Positions 1 to 9,506 of a stretch of DNA of 64,000 nucleotides are shown one piece after another. The position numbers and the translations under genes are program-made. The first letter of the stretch is position 1; each line of letters starts with the position of its first letter. Origin of the DNA: Clostridiales bacterium (lineage in GTDB: Bacteria > Bacillota > Clostridia > Oscillospirales > CAG-272); assembly GCA_012727435.1 (NCBI GenBank), contig JAAYHB010000006.1, positions 12,327-76,326 of the forward strand, in the 5' to 3' direction. The notes beneath the pieces are model-generated. The model searched no databases. It saw only the letters and a program-made list of their open reading frames with translations, and was not told the origin of the DNA.

Positions 1-1564
1 AAACCAGCGAAGTGAACCTGATGCCGCTTGTAGTGTTGATTTTGACAGACGCGCCGGGCAGCATTTGAATTCTAAGCTCCCGGTTGCCGTAATGCAGTTT
101 GCCGTCCTCCGAGCAGCCGTTGGAATATACAATTTTGTGGGCTTTGTTTGTGGTTGGGAATTGGTCGGGATTTTCGGTGTCTAGGTTCTGCCGGAAAACA
201 TTGCTGCCGGCGGCTTTATTTAACAAAAAGGCAAGTTCGCCCGACACAAGTTGGTCATGGGAAAAGAAAAAACTGTCCCCAAACGGTATCGCCTCGCTTG
301 TATAACAGAGGCAGTCCGCATAACCTTCGGGAAACAAGACATTCTCTGTTGTCGTATTTGCGCCTTTTTTACTGTTTCTCAAGACCGCACAGGTCGGGTT
401 GGTTGTCCCGGTGGCGGTCAGGCTGCCCGAGGCGTAGCAATTGCTAACCTGAACCTGCGTGCTGCAAAGTGCCGAAAACCCCGAAACATAGGTGCCGGCG
501 GTAATGTTGCCGTTGCTGAAACAGTATTCGATTTGCATAAACTGAGCGCTTGTCGGGCCATATCCGACAATCCCTGCTGCGGAATAATAGGCAGCGATGT
601 CTCCGCTGTTGCCCGCGCAGTTAATCGTCACGCCGCCCGATGTGTTGTTGAGGTACCCGGCAATTCCGCCGGCATAGCGGGTTTCAGATTCTACGCGGGC
701 ATCATTATAACAATGTGATATTTCGCACACAGCCCCGGCAATCATCGCATATCCGATAATGCCGCCGGCCTGTGTGCCGGCTGAAATGCCGCCATGATTC
801 TCGCAATCAAAAAAGGCAGACGAACCGACTTTCGCCTGCCCGATAATCCCTCCGGCGCAGCTGCCGGACGAGGTGATTGTCCCCGTGTTAAGGCAACCTT
901 CGGCGCGGAATTCCGCCCCGAAAGCGCCGCCGCAAATACCTCCGGAGTCGCTTCCCCCGGAAATCTGCCCCTTATTCACGCAGCCCGAGAAAATCGCGGT
1001 CACCCATTCATCAACCATGCCTACCATCCCGCCGGCGCAACCGTCACCGCCGGCATGAATGTTACCTTCAAACACGCAGTTGTAAAAGTTTATGTTGGTG
1101 TCCGTACCTTCGCTTACACCTGCCGAGCCTGCAATGCCCCCGGCTGATCCGGCTGCATGTATGTCGGCATATGAATCTACATTATAAAATTCGGCACCGC
1201 CTAAAATTCTGCAGGCCACGGTCCCCGCACTGTCCGGGTATTGCGCACACTCGGCGCCAACACTGCCCTCAATTCGGATGTTTTGCAGCTTTCCTGAAAA
1301 GAGAATAAACATCGGCACACCTTCGAGCGTGACGGTATGGCCGCCGCCATCAAATGTGCCGAAAAATTCCCCGCCGTCCCATGAGCTTGTGAGTGTTATA
1401 TTCTGTGACAGATAATAAACTCCGTCAGCAGACATGTTTAAAAAATCTTCTTCACTGTCTATATACAAGGGGGATGCAGCGGCCCGTGCTCCGGCTACGG
1501 CCATGATACAGCCGATTATTGCTGCGAGCAAAAACAAAAGCAAGTATGCGTGGAGTTTTTTCAT
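1..1564 (-). CDS. Secreted repeat protein with GLUG-like (beta-helix type) repeats. Partial: the 3' end runs off the window start, so it is absent from the ORF track.
   Basis: ATG at 1564-1562 follows a GGGGG RBS (1571-1575), and the frame stays open down to position 2. The N-terminus MKKLHAYLLLFLLAAIIGCIMAVAGARAAA looks like a signal peptide. FGTFDGGGHTV follows, then at least 8 degenerate repeats such as AGGIAG, AGGMVG, SGGICG, AGGIIGY, AGGIAGY and AAGIVGY. Confidence 0.7.
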   Translation of the reverse strand, partial: MKKLHAYLLLFLLAAIIGCIMAVAGARAAASPLYIDSEEDFLNMSADGVYYLSQNITLTSSWDGGEFFGTFDGGGHTVTLEGVPMFILFSGKLQNIRIEGSVGAECAQYPDSAGTVACRILGGAEFYNVDSYADIHAAGSAGGIAGSAGVSEGTDTNINFYNCVFEGNIHAGGDGCAGGMVGMVDEWVTAIFSGCVNKGQISGGSDSGGICGGAFGAEFRAEGCLNTGTITSSGSCAGGIIGQAKVGSSAFFDCENHGGISAGTQAGGIIGYAMIAGAVCEISHCYNDARVESETRYAGGIAGYLNNTSGGVTINCAGNSGDIAAYYSAAGIVGYGPTSAQFMQIEYCFSNGNITAGTYVSGFSALCSTQVQVSNCYASGSLTATGTTNPTCAVLRNSKKGANTTTENVLFPEGYADCLCYTSEAIPFGDSFFFSHDQLVSGELAFLLNKAAGSNVFRQNLDTENPDQFPTTNKAHKIVYSNGCSEDGKLHYGNRELRIQMLPGASVKINTTSGIRFTSLV

Positions 1565-1586
1565 GTTATACCCCCTTTTTTTTACA

Positions 1587-1615
1587 ATTATACATCACGA
1601 TGTCATATAATGTAA
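1587..1615 (-). promoter_or_regulatory. Sigma-A type promoter for the 1..1564 gene
   Basis: On the minus strand: TTACAT (1615-1610), a 17-nt spacer, then TATAAT (1592-1587). It lies about 20 nt upstream of the RBS. Confidence 0.45.
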
Positions 1616-1752
1616 TGATATTTGTTATAATGTCATAGAATATTTTTTATTTAAATCCATTAATATCCGCTGTATTGTTATAAAACCAATTCAATGACAG
1701 CAAAGCGCGGCAGGTGGATCCCGCGCTGCTTGATTAGAGGTATTGTTTTCAA

Positions 1753-1819
1753 TTTTTTTGAGGATTTTAAGGAGCTCTTTTTCAAAAAGTTGCTTGAGAG
1801 GGGGTACGGTGGCAGCCCC
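1753..1819 (-). repeat. Copy H of the dispersed intergenic repeat family (reverse orientation)
   Basis: Reverse complement is GGGGCTGCCACCGTACCCCCTCTCAAGCAACTTTTTGAAAAAGAGCTCCTTAAAATCCTCAAAAAAA. It shares the head, AT-hairpin and AATCCTCAAAAA tail layout with the copies at 25244, 28187, 48442 and 62950. Confidence 0.7.
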
Positions 1820-1855
1820 AAAAAAACATAAAGCGCGGGACGGAGTCCGCGCTTT
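1820..1855 (-). terminator. Intrinsic terminator of pgeF
   Basis: Hairpin AAAGCGCGG(G)AC-GGA-GTCCGCGCTTT (1830-1855), followed on the minus strand by a T7 run (complement of A7 at 1820-1826). Confidence 0.7.
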
Positions 1856-2675
1856 ATGCAGTCAGGTTTATTACAGAAAGCATAGTCCCGCGCATTTCAC
1901 GGTCTCGCCGGTGGGAGTAGAAGAGTGCGGGATTGCAGCAGGTACAGGAGTTGGAGATATCGATATTGCCGGGCGGGATGCCGCAGGAGATCAGCAGGTG
2001 TGCATTCAGGCCCTTGAGGTCGGCATACCACTTGCCGGGGTTTGTTTCTGACGGGCGAAAACAGCGGGAGCAGATTTCAGCACCCAGAGCGGTGAAGAAT
2101 TCGTCTCTTAAACCGGTGTCAATTTCAAAGCAGCACTGCCCGATGGCCGGCCCTATTGCGGCAAAAATCTGGCCGGGGCGGGCGCCGAGCGAAACCATCG
2201 CATTGACCCCGTTTGCGGCAATTCCGGTCAGGGTGCCGCGCCAACCGGCGTGAAGCGCCGCGGCAACAGCAGGTCTGCCGCTGTTGTCGAGCGCGCAGAG
2301 AAGAATTGGCACGCAGTCGGCGGTCTTGATGCCGAGCGTCACCTGCGGGTCGGCAGTCACATAACCGTCGCAGCAGAGGTCGCTCGGGGTGTAGTAGCCC
2401 AGTCCCCTGTCGGCGGCGGAGACCGCAAGGATGTTTGGAGAGTGAACCTGACGCAGCGATATTACCCTGCAGGGGTCAAAGCCCGCCGCCTCGCCAAAAA
2501 GCTTTAGATTGCGAAGCACTGTCGCCTCGTCGTTGCCCCTGCCGAAGGCAAGATTTAGAGAGGCCGTGTGCTTGGCCCGACTCACCCCGCCCACGCGGGT
2601 CGCAAAGCCGTGAGTGCAGGGGATGAGCTTTGACTTAATGAATATGACGCCATTCTGCGCGCGAACTATCTTCAT
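1854..2675 (-). CDS. pgeF: Peptidoglycan editing factor PgeF / YfiH family (DUF152, laccase-domain protein)
   Basis: Family motifs HGFATRVGGVS, RQVHS, DGYVT, TADCVPILL, HAGWRG and CCFEI are present. I prefer the ATG at 2675 (MKIVRAQNG) over the ORF-track start at 2723, because AAGGGA lies upstream of 2675. Confidence 0.85.
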   Translation of the reverse strand: MKIVRAQNGVIFIKSKLIPCTHGFATRVGGVSRAKHTASLNLAFGRGNDEATVLRNLKLFGEAAGFDPCRVISLRQVHSPNILAVSAADRGLGYYTPSDLCCDGYVTADPQVTLGIKTADCVPILLCALDNSGRPAVAAALHAGWRGTLTGIAANGVNAMVSLGARPGQIFAAIGPAIGQCCFEIDTGLRDEFFTALGAEICSRCFRPSETNPGKWYADLKGLNAHLLISCGIPPGNIDISNSCTCCNPALFYSHRRDREMRGTMLSVINLTA

Positions 2676-2746
2676 TTTGCCACTTATCCCTTTTGAGTGA
2701 GTTAAAAAACCGGGCAGCAACAATGCCGCCCGGTGTCGGGTGCCGG

Positions 2747-3451
2747 TTAGCCTGACAACCCGCCGGCAATGAGCCGGTTTATATTGTCGGCAAGAGTGTC
2801 GGAGTCGATGTCGTCACTGACCTGAACCAAAAGCAGGGTCCTGCCGTCCTTTGCGGTCAGTTTCAGGCGCGCGCGCCTTACCTGATACGAATTCTTCAGG
2901 CTCTTGAGGGTGACAGTATCCCGGAGTATTTCGGCTCCGGCAAGCTCTGAGTATTGGTATTCGGCAACTTCGGTGATATTGTGCTCGTCGTCGTCGTAGA
3001 GCACAGAGACTGTTTTACGGACGAACTTCAGCGCGTCGGCAAGGAAGAATATTTTTACCGCGGTATACTGAGAAGTGCGCCAGCCGTCCTTGCACTTTTT
3101 TGATTTGAGGTCCTTGCCCTCGTAGTCGTAGTGAGCAATGCTTGCGGGTTTGAGGTGCTTTAGCATCCGCTTGGCGAGTCTGACATTCTCAAGAAGTTCC
3201 TTGTCATACTCCCAGAGCTTATCCGAGACTGCTTTGTCGATGTCCTCGGGAGCGACCTGCCCGACGCTGCCGAGAATGAACATGACAAGCCCGGCAGGGG
3301 CCGCAATCGACCCGAAAATGTACAGGATATACGCGAAGTAGGCATAGGCCAGCCACACGCAGATGAGGGCTGCCGCGAGCAGGCCTCCGCCGAAAATATA
3401 AAGCGAGTCGTTGCGGGTGAAGAAATTTTCAAGCTTTTTTTGCGTTTTCAT
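2747..3451 (-). CDS. Hypothetical membrane protein (two N-terminal TM helices plus a soluble C-terminal domain)
   Basis: Start MKTQKKLENFF at 3451 with a GAAAGGCGG RBS. Hydrophobic stretches LYIFGGGLLAAALICVWLAYAYFAYILYIF and GSIAAPAGLVMFILGSVG. I recognise no family. Confidence 0.55.
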   Translation of the reverse strand: MKTQKKLENFFTRNDSLYIFGGGLLAAALICVWLAYAYFAYILYIFGSIAAPAGLVMFILGSVGQVAPEDIDKAVSDKLWEYDKELLENVRLAKRMLKHLKPASIAHYDYEGKDLKSKKCKDGWRTSQYTAVKIFFLADALKFVRKTVSVLYDDDEHNITEVAEYQYSELAGAEILRDTVTLKSLKNSYQVRRARLKLTAKDGRTLLLVQVSDDIDSDTLADNINRLIAGGLSG

Positions 3452-3643
3452 AGGTGCCGCCTTTCTTGTGCAGGAGGGTGTTATCTCCAATAAGTTCCGC
3501 GATACAGAAAACCCTGTAACATGATATAGAAAACCCTGTAACATTCAAGAATTATACACCCGCATGACTGCAATGTCAAGAAATTGCCGGTTTCTTTTTT
3601 AATTCTTTTTGGTGGTTTCGCCTGCATTATTATTCGGCGGATA

Positions 3644-4309
3644 TCAGTCAATCGGGGGGTATCCGGCCCGCTCGTATTGTTCGGGGGTCAGCCAGCGCTC
3701 AACCGTAGGTTCAAGTTCGCCGTCGTCATTGATATCCCATGTTGCAACGCAATATATTTCGGTTTCTGAATAGTAGGTCCTGCATTCCTTTTTAACTGCA
3801 ACAAGCCGGCCCTGACGCCACTTGTATGTGAGGACCCCGACCTCGCTTATATAGGTTTCGGGCTCGGTCCCGACCGCAGGCTCGATGGTGTAGGTGCGGT
3901 AGGGTGCCGAGATGGTTTTTGCCTCGTAATCAATGGCAGGGGAGAGCAGCGAGTTGAGCGTGTTGTCAACAATGAAGGTTTTACTCGCGGGATTCCAGAG
4001 CCAGCAGCGGTATTTTATGCCCTCGGCCTTACGCGACACAATAAAGCGAAAGTCCTCATGGCCGTCAAAGTTCAGGTCAACAAGCTCAAACTTGCAGTTT
4101 TGCATATCTGCGCGCGCATCGCCGACTCCGAGGACGGCAACCTTCTGCCCGTCTGAAATCACCTCAATTCTGCGCAGTATTGTTCGCCCGTAAAGCCGGC
4201 AGGTATACTCACTGCCGCTCACCTCGGTTTGCGGGTTTAACAACGCGCAGGAGGAAAGCCCGAGCAAAACGGCCAGAAGACATAGAATTGCAGATATCCG
4301 GTTTAACAT
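3644..4309 (-). CDS. Hypothetical lipoprotein
   Basis: N-terminus MLNRISAILCLLAVLLGLSSC carries a lipobox (LSSC). An AAGAGG RBS lies 8 nt upstream of the ATG at 4309; the ORF track begins at the GTG at 4315. No recognisable catalytic motif. Confidence 0.6.
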   Translation of the reverse strand: MLNRISAILCLLAVLLGLSSCALLNPQTEVSGSEYTCRLYGRTILRRIEVISDGQKVAVLGVGDARADMQNCKFELVDLNFDGHEDFRFIVSRKAEGIKYRCWLWNPASKTFIVDNTLNSLLSPAIDYEAKTISAPYRTYTIEPAVGTEPETYISEVGVLTYKWRQGRLVAVKKECRTYYSETEIYCVATWDINDDGELEPTVERWLTPEQYERAGYPPID

Positions 4310-4454
4310 CAGCACCGCCTCTTAAATATTTTTACGCAGGTCAGCCCGTACCGTCGGTGTAGACGGGCGGGTTTCTTCAATATATTATACAGCAAGTTCC
4401 GGGGATGTAAAGCGTAAAATTTAAAATCGCGTTATAAATCAAACCCGAAACAAC

Positions 4455-4490
4455 GAGAAAAAGCAGCGAAAGCCGATTGACCTTCGCTGC
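4455..4490 (-). terminator. Intrinsic terminator downstream of the 4496..4831 ORF
   Basis: Hairpin GCAGCGAA(A)G-N8-C(C)TTCGCTGC (4463-4490), with a T-run on the minus strand (complement of 4455-4462). Confidence 0.6.
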
Positions 4491-4495
4491 TTTTA

Positions 4496-4831
4496 TTAAT
4501 TCTTGAAAAACACCTCGGCGACCTGTTCGTAATACCGCAGGACAATTTTATCCCATGTCTTTATGTAGCTTGCGAGGTTTCCGCGGTTCTGCATCATCTT
4601 GGAGAAGTCTGCTCCGGTCTCATTCCAGTCGGCAAACACTCCCGTGTTGAATATCTTGGCGGAATATAACCGGTGTCCCATGAAGAGATCGTACTCGTCA
4701 GACCCCGCAAGTACAATCGCCTTAAAATCGGTACACATTTTTTCCTCAGAGCCGAAAACAAAGACAAGCTCAATTCCGAAGCGATCCTCAGGGGCCAGAG
4801 ATAGTAATCTTGCGGTTTTTTTCATGTGCAT
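4496..4831 (-). CDS. Hypothetical 111-aa protein, possibly a remnant of a family-1 ABC solute-binding lipoprotein
   Basis: The segment AIVLAGSDEYDLFMGHRLYSAKIFNTGVFADWNE resembles the internal region of LplA-type sugar-binding proteins. The ORF is about 5 times too short and has no signal peptide. Confidence 0.35.
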   Translation of the reverse strand: MHMKKTARLLSLAPEDRFGIELVFVFGSEEKMCTDFKAIVLAGSDEYDLFMGHRLYSAKIFNTGVFADWNETGADFSKMMQNRGNLASYIKTWDKIVLRYYEQVAEVFFKN

Positions 4832-5135
4832 CCTCCTGTTGCCTGATGGCCGGCCGTGTTTTGGGTTGAGGAATTTTTCCTACAATTAAATAATAAGATA
4901 TGGGCAAGCTTCAACTAGCTGTATTGCTCCATGTTGTTGTTTTTTCAAACCGTCAACTAAAGGAGAGAGCTTTTTCTGGCAAACATAATAACCAAAGAAT
5001 CAAAGAAAAGGCAAGCAGATGTTGAGCGAAGAAAAAAGCTAGAGCTGGCTGATGAAAAAAGTCGGTCATATTTGTAGGTAACGCAGATTTTACAAAAAAA
5101 TATGCAGCAACTCAATAAAAACCCCATAAAAGGTA

Positions 5136-5164
5136 TTGACAAGCCAATTTATCTATGATAAAAT
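5136..5164 (+). promoter_or_regulatory. Sigma-A promoter upstream of the rpoB leader
   Basis: TTGACA (5136-5141), a 17-nt spacer, then TAAAAT (5159-5164). Confidence 0.6.
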
Positions 5165-5444
5165 TATAAATTGCATTATAATCGCTTGAAATGCGTATTT
5201 TTCGGCGGTGCTGCTGTTTTGGCTTTTTGTGCCGCAGGCAGCAAGCCGGTACCGAAAGGACACAGCCGTCATCTGGCAGAAAAAAGTACAAAAAGGGTGT
5301 GGTAAAACTCATAAATAGGGTTTTTTCAGTCACAGGCCTTTGCTGTGAAGGCGCCATAAACACATCATTGGTGCCCGCCCTCTGTCGTCGGCGGCTGAGA
5401 ACAGACACTGTCGTGTTTGCATCCTTACTTTGTTTATGGGACGA

Positions 5445-5489
5445 CTGAAAAGCCTCATGAGCCCAGTGGCTCAAGGCTTTTCAGTTTTT
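5445..5489 (+). terminator. Strong terminator or attenuator hairpin inside the rpoB 5' leader
   Basis: CTGAAAAGCCT-CAT-GAGCC-CAGT-GGCTC-A-AGGCTTTTCAG (5445-5484), followed by TTTTT (5485-5489). It ends 115 nt upstream of the rpoB ATG. Confidence 0.7.
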
Positions 5490-5604
5490 CAGCGATTTTC
5501 GGCACTGCTTTGTTGTGTCAAGACCACACCGGCGGAATATTCTTTGCATCTCTGCCTTACCGTCTTGCGGTACGGGTAAATTTTGAATGGAGTGATTGAT
5601 TTAA

Positions 5605-8600
5605 ATGGTCAAAGAGCAGAAGCTTGGCAGAAATACGAGAATGAGCTTCTCGAAAACGCGGGAAACGCTGGAGCTTCCGAATCTTATCGAGGTCCAGACA
5701 AAGTCCTTTCAATGGTTCCTTGACGAGGGGCTTATGGAGGTCCTTCGCGATGTATCACCGATTACCGACTACTCGGGGAATCTATCGCTCGAGTTTATTT
5801 CTTACTCGATAGACTCCAAACCGAAATACTCGGTTGAGGAGTGCAAGGAGAGAGACGTAAACTACTCCGCGCCCCTGAAAGTAAACGTCCGGCTGAGCAA
5901 CAAGCTGACCGGCGAAGTCAAGCAGAACGATGTCTTCATGGGTGAATTCCCGCTGATGACCGAAACCGGCACCTTCGTAATCAACGGGGCCGAACGTGTT
6001 ATCGTTTCCCAGATTGTCCGTTCTCCCGGTATGTATTATTCTTCCGACATTGATAAGAACGGAAAGAAGATATATACCGCCACCATCATACCCTACCGCG
6101 GCGCATGGCTTGAATACGAAATAGATGCCAACAGGGTTGTCTATGTCAGGATAGACAAGAACCGCAAGATCCCGATAACTGTTTTCATCCGCGCGCTCGG
6201 AGTGGAGTCGCGCGAGGATATCTTCGGGATGTTCGGCGAGGACGACAGGCTTGCCATCACTCTTGAAAAGGACGAATGTGAAGAGCTTGCCCTGCGCAAC
6301 CGCAGCACGATAGGCGTCGAGGCGCTCAAGGAAATATATAAAAAGCTCCGCCCCGGCGAGCCCCCGCTTGTGGAGTCGGCGCAGATGCTGATAAACAACT
6401 TCTTCTTCGACTCCAAGCGTTATGACATCGCTCCTGTGGGGCGCTACAAGTTTGATAAAAAACTGGCGCTGGCCCCGAGAATAAAAAACAGAAGGCTGGC
6501 TAAAGACGTTATAAGCCCCATAACAGGCGAGCTGCTCTGCGAGGCGGGTCAGGTAATCACGCCCAAGCTGGCCGATACAATCGAGCAGAATGCCGTAAAT
6601 GAGGTCTATATATTGCTTGACAACGGGGATACCGTCAAGGTTTTCTCGAATAACACCGTCGACCCCTACCATATTCTCGGCTTTGACCTCAAGGACTGCG
6701 GTGTCAACGAGAAGGCGAGAACCCCGGTTTTGCTTGAGATACTTGATGCTTCGGGCGGTGACCGTGAAAAGATCAAGGCGCTGGCAAGAGAGCGCATAGC
6801 CGAGCTCTGCCCCAAATATATAACAAAGGACGATATTTTTGCGTCGATAGGCTATCTGCTTGACCTGGCGCACGATATCGGGCAGGTAGACGATATCGAC
6901 CACCTCGGCAACCGCCGCATACGTTCCGTGGGCGAGCAACTGCAAAACCAGATGCGCATCGGCTTTGCGAGGATGGAGAAAATCATCAAGGAGCGGATGA
7001 CCACCCTTTCCTCGCAGGAAAACGAGAAGATAACGCCGCAATCGCTCATCAACATAAGGCCGGTCGTGACGGCGATACGCGAGTTTTTCGGGTCCTCACA
7101 GCTCTCGCAGTTCATGGACCAGGCAAACCCGCTCTCCGAGCTGACTCACAAGCGCCGTCTGTCGGCCCTCGGGCCGGGGGGGCTGTCGCGTGAGCGCGCT
7201 TCATTCGACGTGCGCGACGTTCACTATACCCACTATGGCCGCATGTGCCCGATAGAAACCCCCGAAGGCCCGAACATCGGACTTATCTCCTATCTTGCCA
7301 CCTATGCACGCATAAATAAATACGGCTTTATCGAAGCACCCTACCGCCGGGTGGAGCATCTTCCCGACGGGCGCTCAAGGGTGACCGACGAGGTGGTATA
7401 TATGACCGCCGACGTCGAGGATAATTATGTAATAGCTCAAGCCAACGAACCTTTGGATGAGGAAGGCTTTTTCATAAACAGCCGGGTCACGGCCCGCGAC
7501 CGTAATGAGTTCGTCGAGGTCGAGCCCTCTAAAGTTGACTTTATCGACGTTTCCCCGAAGATGGTGGTCTCGGTTGCGACCGCGATGATACCCTTCCTTG
7601 AGAACGACGACAACTCACGCGCCCTCATGGGATCCAACATGCAGAAGCAGGCGGTCCCGCTGCTGACCACCGAGACTCCGATTGTCGGCACAGGAATGGA
7701 ATATAAGGCCGCCATGGATTCGGGAGTTCTTGTGATTGCAAAGAACTCCGGAATTGTGGAGAAGGTCGATGCCGACCGGATTGTCATTTCACACGGGGAC
7801 CAGAAGGATGTTTATGACCTGATAAAGTTCAAGCGCACAAACCAGGGAACCTGCTATAACCAACGTCCTTTAGTAAAGAAAGGTGAATATGTCGAGGCCG
7901 GGCAGGTAATAGCCGACGGTCCCGCGACCAGCGAGGGCGAAATCGCGCTGGGCAAAAACGTCCTGGTAGGATTTATGAGCTGGGAGGGTTATAACTACGA
8001 GGACGCGGTGCTGCTCAACGAGCGGCTTGTGCGCGACGATGTTTTCACGTCGATTCACATTGAAGAATATACCCACGAGGCCAGAGACACCAAGCTCGGG
8101 CCCGAGGAGATAACCAGGGAAATTCCCAACGTCGGTGAGGACGCGCTGAAGGACCTGAATGCCGACGGCATAATCAAGATAGGCACCGAGGTGCGTGCCG
8201 GTGACATACTTGTAGGAAAAATTACCCCGAAGGGCGAAACCGAGCTCACCGCCGAGGAGAGGCTGCTCCGCGCCATTTTCGGCGAGAAGGCAAGAGAAGT
8301 CCGGGATACCTCGCTCCGCGTCCCGCACGGCGAATCGGGGATAGTTGTCGATGTAAAGGTCTACTCGCGAGAGAAGGGCGACGAGCTCCCGACCGGAGTA
8401 AACAAGGTCGTGCGGGTTTATGTCGCGCAGAAGCGCAAGATATCTGTCGGCGACAAGATGGCAGGGCGCCACGGCAACAAGGGCGTGGTTTCACGGATTC
8501 TTCCCCCGGAGGACATGCCGTTTTTGCCCGACGGAACCCCGCTCGATGTAGTGCTCAATCCGCTGGGCGTGCCTTCACGTATGAATATCGGGCAGGTTCT

Positions 8601-9486
8601 CGAGGTTCACTTGGGGCTTGCAGCAAAAAAGCTCGGCTGGAAGGTAATGTCGCCGGTGTTTGACGGCGCGACCGAGCGCGATATTATTGAGTGCATGAAG
8701 CGGGCCGGGATATACCGCGACGCTCGCCCCGACGACAATCTTGAAAACAAGGAACACTTTGTCGTGCTCGATCCCGAGACCGGCAGGCAGAATGTCAAGA
8801 TTCTTGACGGAAAGACTGTTCTTTACGACGGACGCACCGGCGAGCCCTTCGACAATCCGGTAACCGTCGGAATTATGTATTATCTCAAGCTCCACCACCT
8901 GGTCGACGACAAAATTCACGCCCGCTCGAACGGGCCGTACTCGCTGGTCACCCAGCAACCGCTCGGAGGCAAGGCGCAATTCGGCGGACAGCGCTTCGGC
9001 GAGATGGAGGTTTGGGCGCTTGAGGCCTACGGCGCGGCGTACACCCTGCAGGAAATCCTGACCGTAAAGTCAGACGACATAACCGGGCGTCGCAGGGCTT
9101 ACGAGGCGATTATCAAGGGTCAGAATATCCCGACCCCGGGTGTTCCCGAGTCCTTCAAGGTGCTGGTCAAGGAATTGCAGTCGCTCTGCCTTGACGTGCG
9201 CGTATACGACAGGGACGGGAACGAGGTTCAGCTCTCGACCTTCTATAACGATGACAACGCACAATACCTCGGAGCAGGCGCGGCGGTCATCGAGGAGGCT
9301 TTCGGCCAGAGATATGCAGCCGACGAGTTCCGCAGGTCATACCTTATCGACGACACCGACAATGAAAGCGCCGGGGATATCGACGTCACTTCCGACGCCG
9401 ACGAGGATTTTTATGCGGATGATGAAGAAATTTATGAAGAAGACAGCTTTGAGGACGACGATACCTTTGACAATGATAATAATTGA
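5605..9486 (+). CDS. rpoB: DNA-directed RNA polymerase subunit beta
   Basis: 1293-aa ORF. The N-terminus [18 protein letters not shown], the Rif-cluster [41 protein letters not shown] and [15 protein letters not shown] are all present. It carries an acidic C-terminal tail. Confidence 0.98.
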   Translation: MVKEQKLGRNTRMSFSKTRETLELPNLIEVQTKSFQWFLDEGLMEVLRDVSPITDYSGNLSLEFISYSIDSKPKYSVEECKERDVNYSAPLKVNVRLSNKLTGEVKQNDVFMGEFPLMTETGTFVINGAERVIVSQIVRSPGMYYSSDIDKNGKKIYTATIIPYRGAWLEYEIDANRVVYVRIDKNRKIPITVFIRALGVESREDIFGMFGEDDRLAITLEKDECEELALRNRSTIGVEALKEIYKKLRPGEPPLVESAQMLINNFFFDSKRYDIAPVGRYKFDKKLALAPRIKNRRLAKDVISPITGELLCEAGQVITPKLADTIEQNAVNEVYILLDNGDTVKVFSNNTVDPYHILGFDLKDCGVNEKARTPVLLEILDASGGDREKIKALARERIAELCPKYITKDDIFASIGYLLDLAHDIGQVDDIDHLGNRRIRSVGEQLQNQMRIGFARMEKIIKERMTTLSSQENEKITPQSLINIRPVVTAIREFFGSSQLSQFMDQANPLSELTHKRRLSALGPGGLSRERASFDVRDVHYTHYGRMCPIETPEGPNIGLISYLATYARINKYGFIEAPYRRVEHLPDGRSRVTDEVVYMTADVEDNYVIAQANEPLDEEGFFINSRVTARDRNEFVEVEPSKVDFIDVSPKMVVSVATAMIPFLENDDNSRALMGSNMQKQAVPLLTTETPIVGTGMEYKAAMDSGVLVIAKNSGIVEKVDADRIVISHGDQKDVYDLIKFKRTNQGTCYNQRPLVKKGEYVEAGQVIADGPATSEGEIALGKNVLVGFMSWEGYNYEDAVLLNERLVRDDVFTSIHIEEYTHEARDTKLGPEEITREIPNVGEDALKDLNADGIIKIGTEVRAGDILVGKITPKGETELTAEERLLRAIFGEKAREVRDTSLRVPHGESGIVVDVKVYSREKGDELPTGVNKVVRVYVAQKRKISVGDKMAGRHGNKGVVSRILPPEDMPFLPDGTPLDVVLNPLGVPSRMNIGQVLEVHLGLAAKKLGWKVMSPVFDGATERDIIECMKRAGIYRDARPDDNLENKEHFVVLDPETGRQNVKILDGKTVLYDGRTGEPFDNPVTVGIMYYLKLHHLVDDKIHARSNGPYSLVTQQPLGGKAQFGGQRFGEMEVWALEAYGAAYTLQEILTVKSDDITGRRRAYEAIIKGQNIPTPGVPESFKVLVKELQSLCLDVRVYDRDGNEVQLSTFYNDDNAQYLGAGAAVIEEAFGQRYAADEFRRSYLIDDTDNESAGDIDVTSDADEDFYADDEEIYEEDSFEDDDTFDNDNN

Positions 9487-9506
9487 GTTAGGAGAAAAAA
9501 TAAGCT

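Noticed and set aside
5112-5474. ORFs 5191..5448 (+) and 5112..5474 (-) in the rpoB leader as possible small proteins.
   Set aside because: Neither has a Shine-Dalgarno sequence. The compositions are Cys/Arg-rich or low-complexity, and the two overlap each other. The region is better explained as a non-coding leader bounded by a promoter and a terminator.
5165-5490. Possibility that the promoter-to-terminator unit upstream of rpoB is a known housekeeping RNA (SRP/scRNA, 6S, tmRNA, RNase P RNA).
   Set aside because: I could not find the diagnostic motifs: no GGAAGCAGCC-type SRP domain IV, no tmRNA tag ORF or tRNA-like end, and no AGGAAAGUCC RNase P core. A 6S-like long end-to-end helix is also not evident. 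It is kept only as an unclassified leader or sRNA candidate.
5782-7041. A 419-aa ORF antisense to rpoB. Similar long antisense ORFs lie at 7870..8472, 9704..10270, 10455..11126, 23062..23769, 32970..33899, 37269..37859, 44754..45392, 50160..51017, 60908..61543 and 61632..62246.
   Set aside because: All lie fully inside strongly supported conserved genes on the opposite strand and lack RBSs. They have the Arg/Gly/Leu/Pro-rich composition typical of open antisense frames in GC-rich coding DNA.
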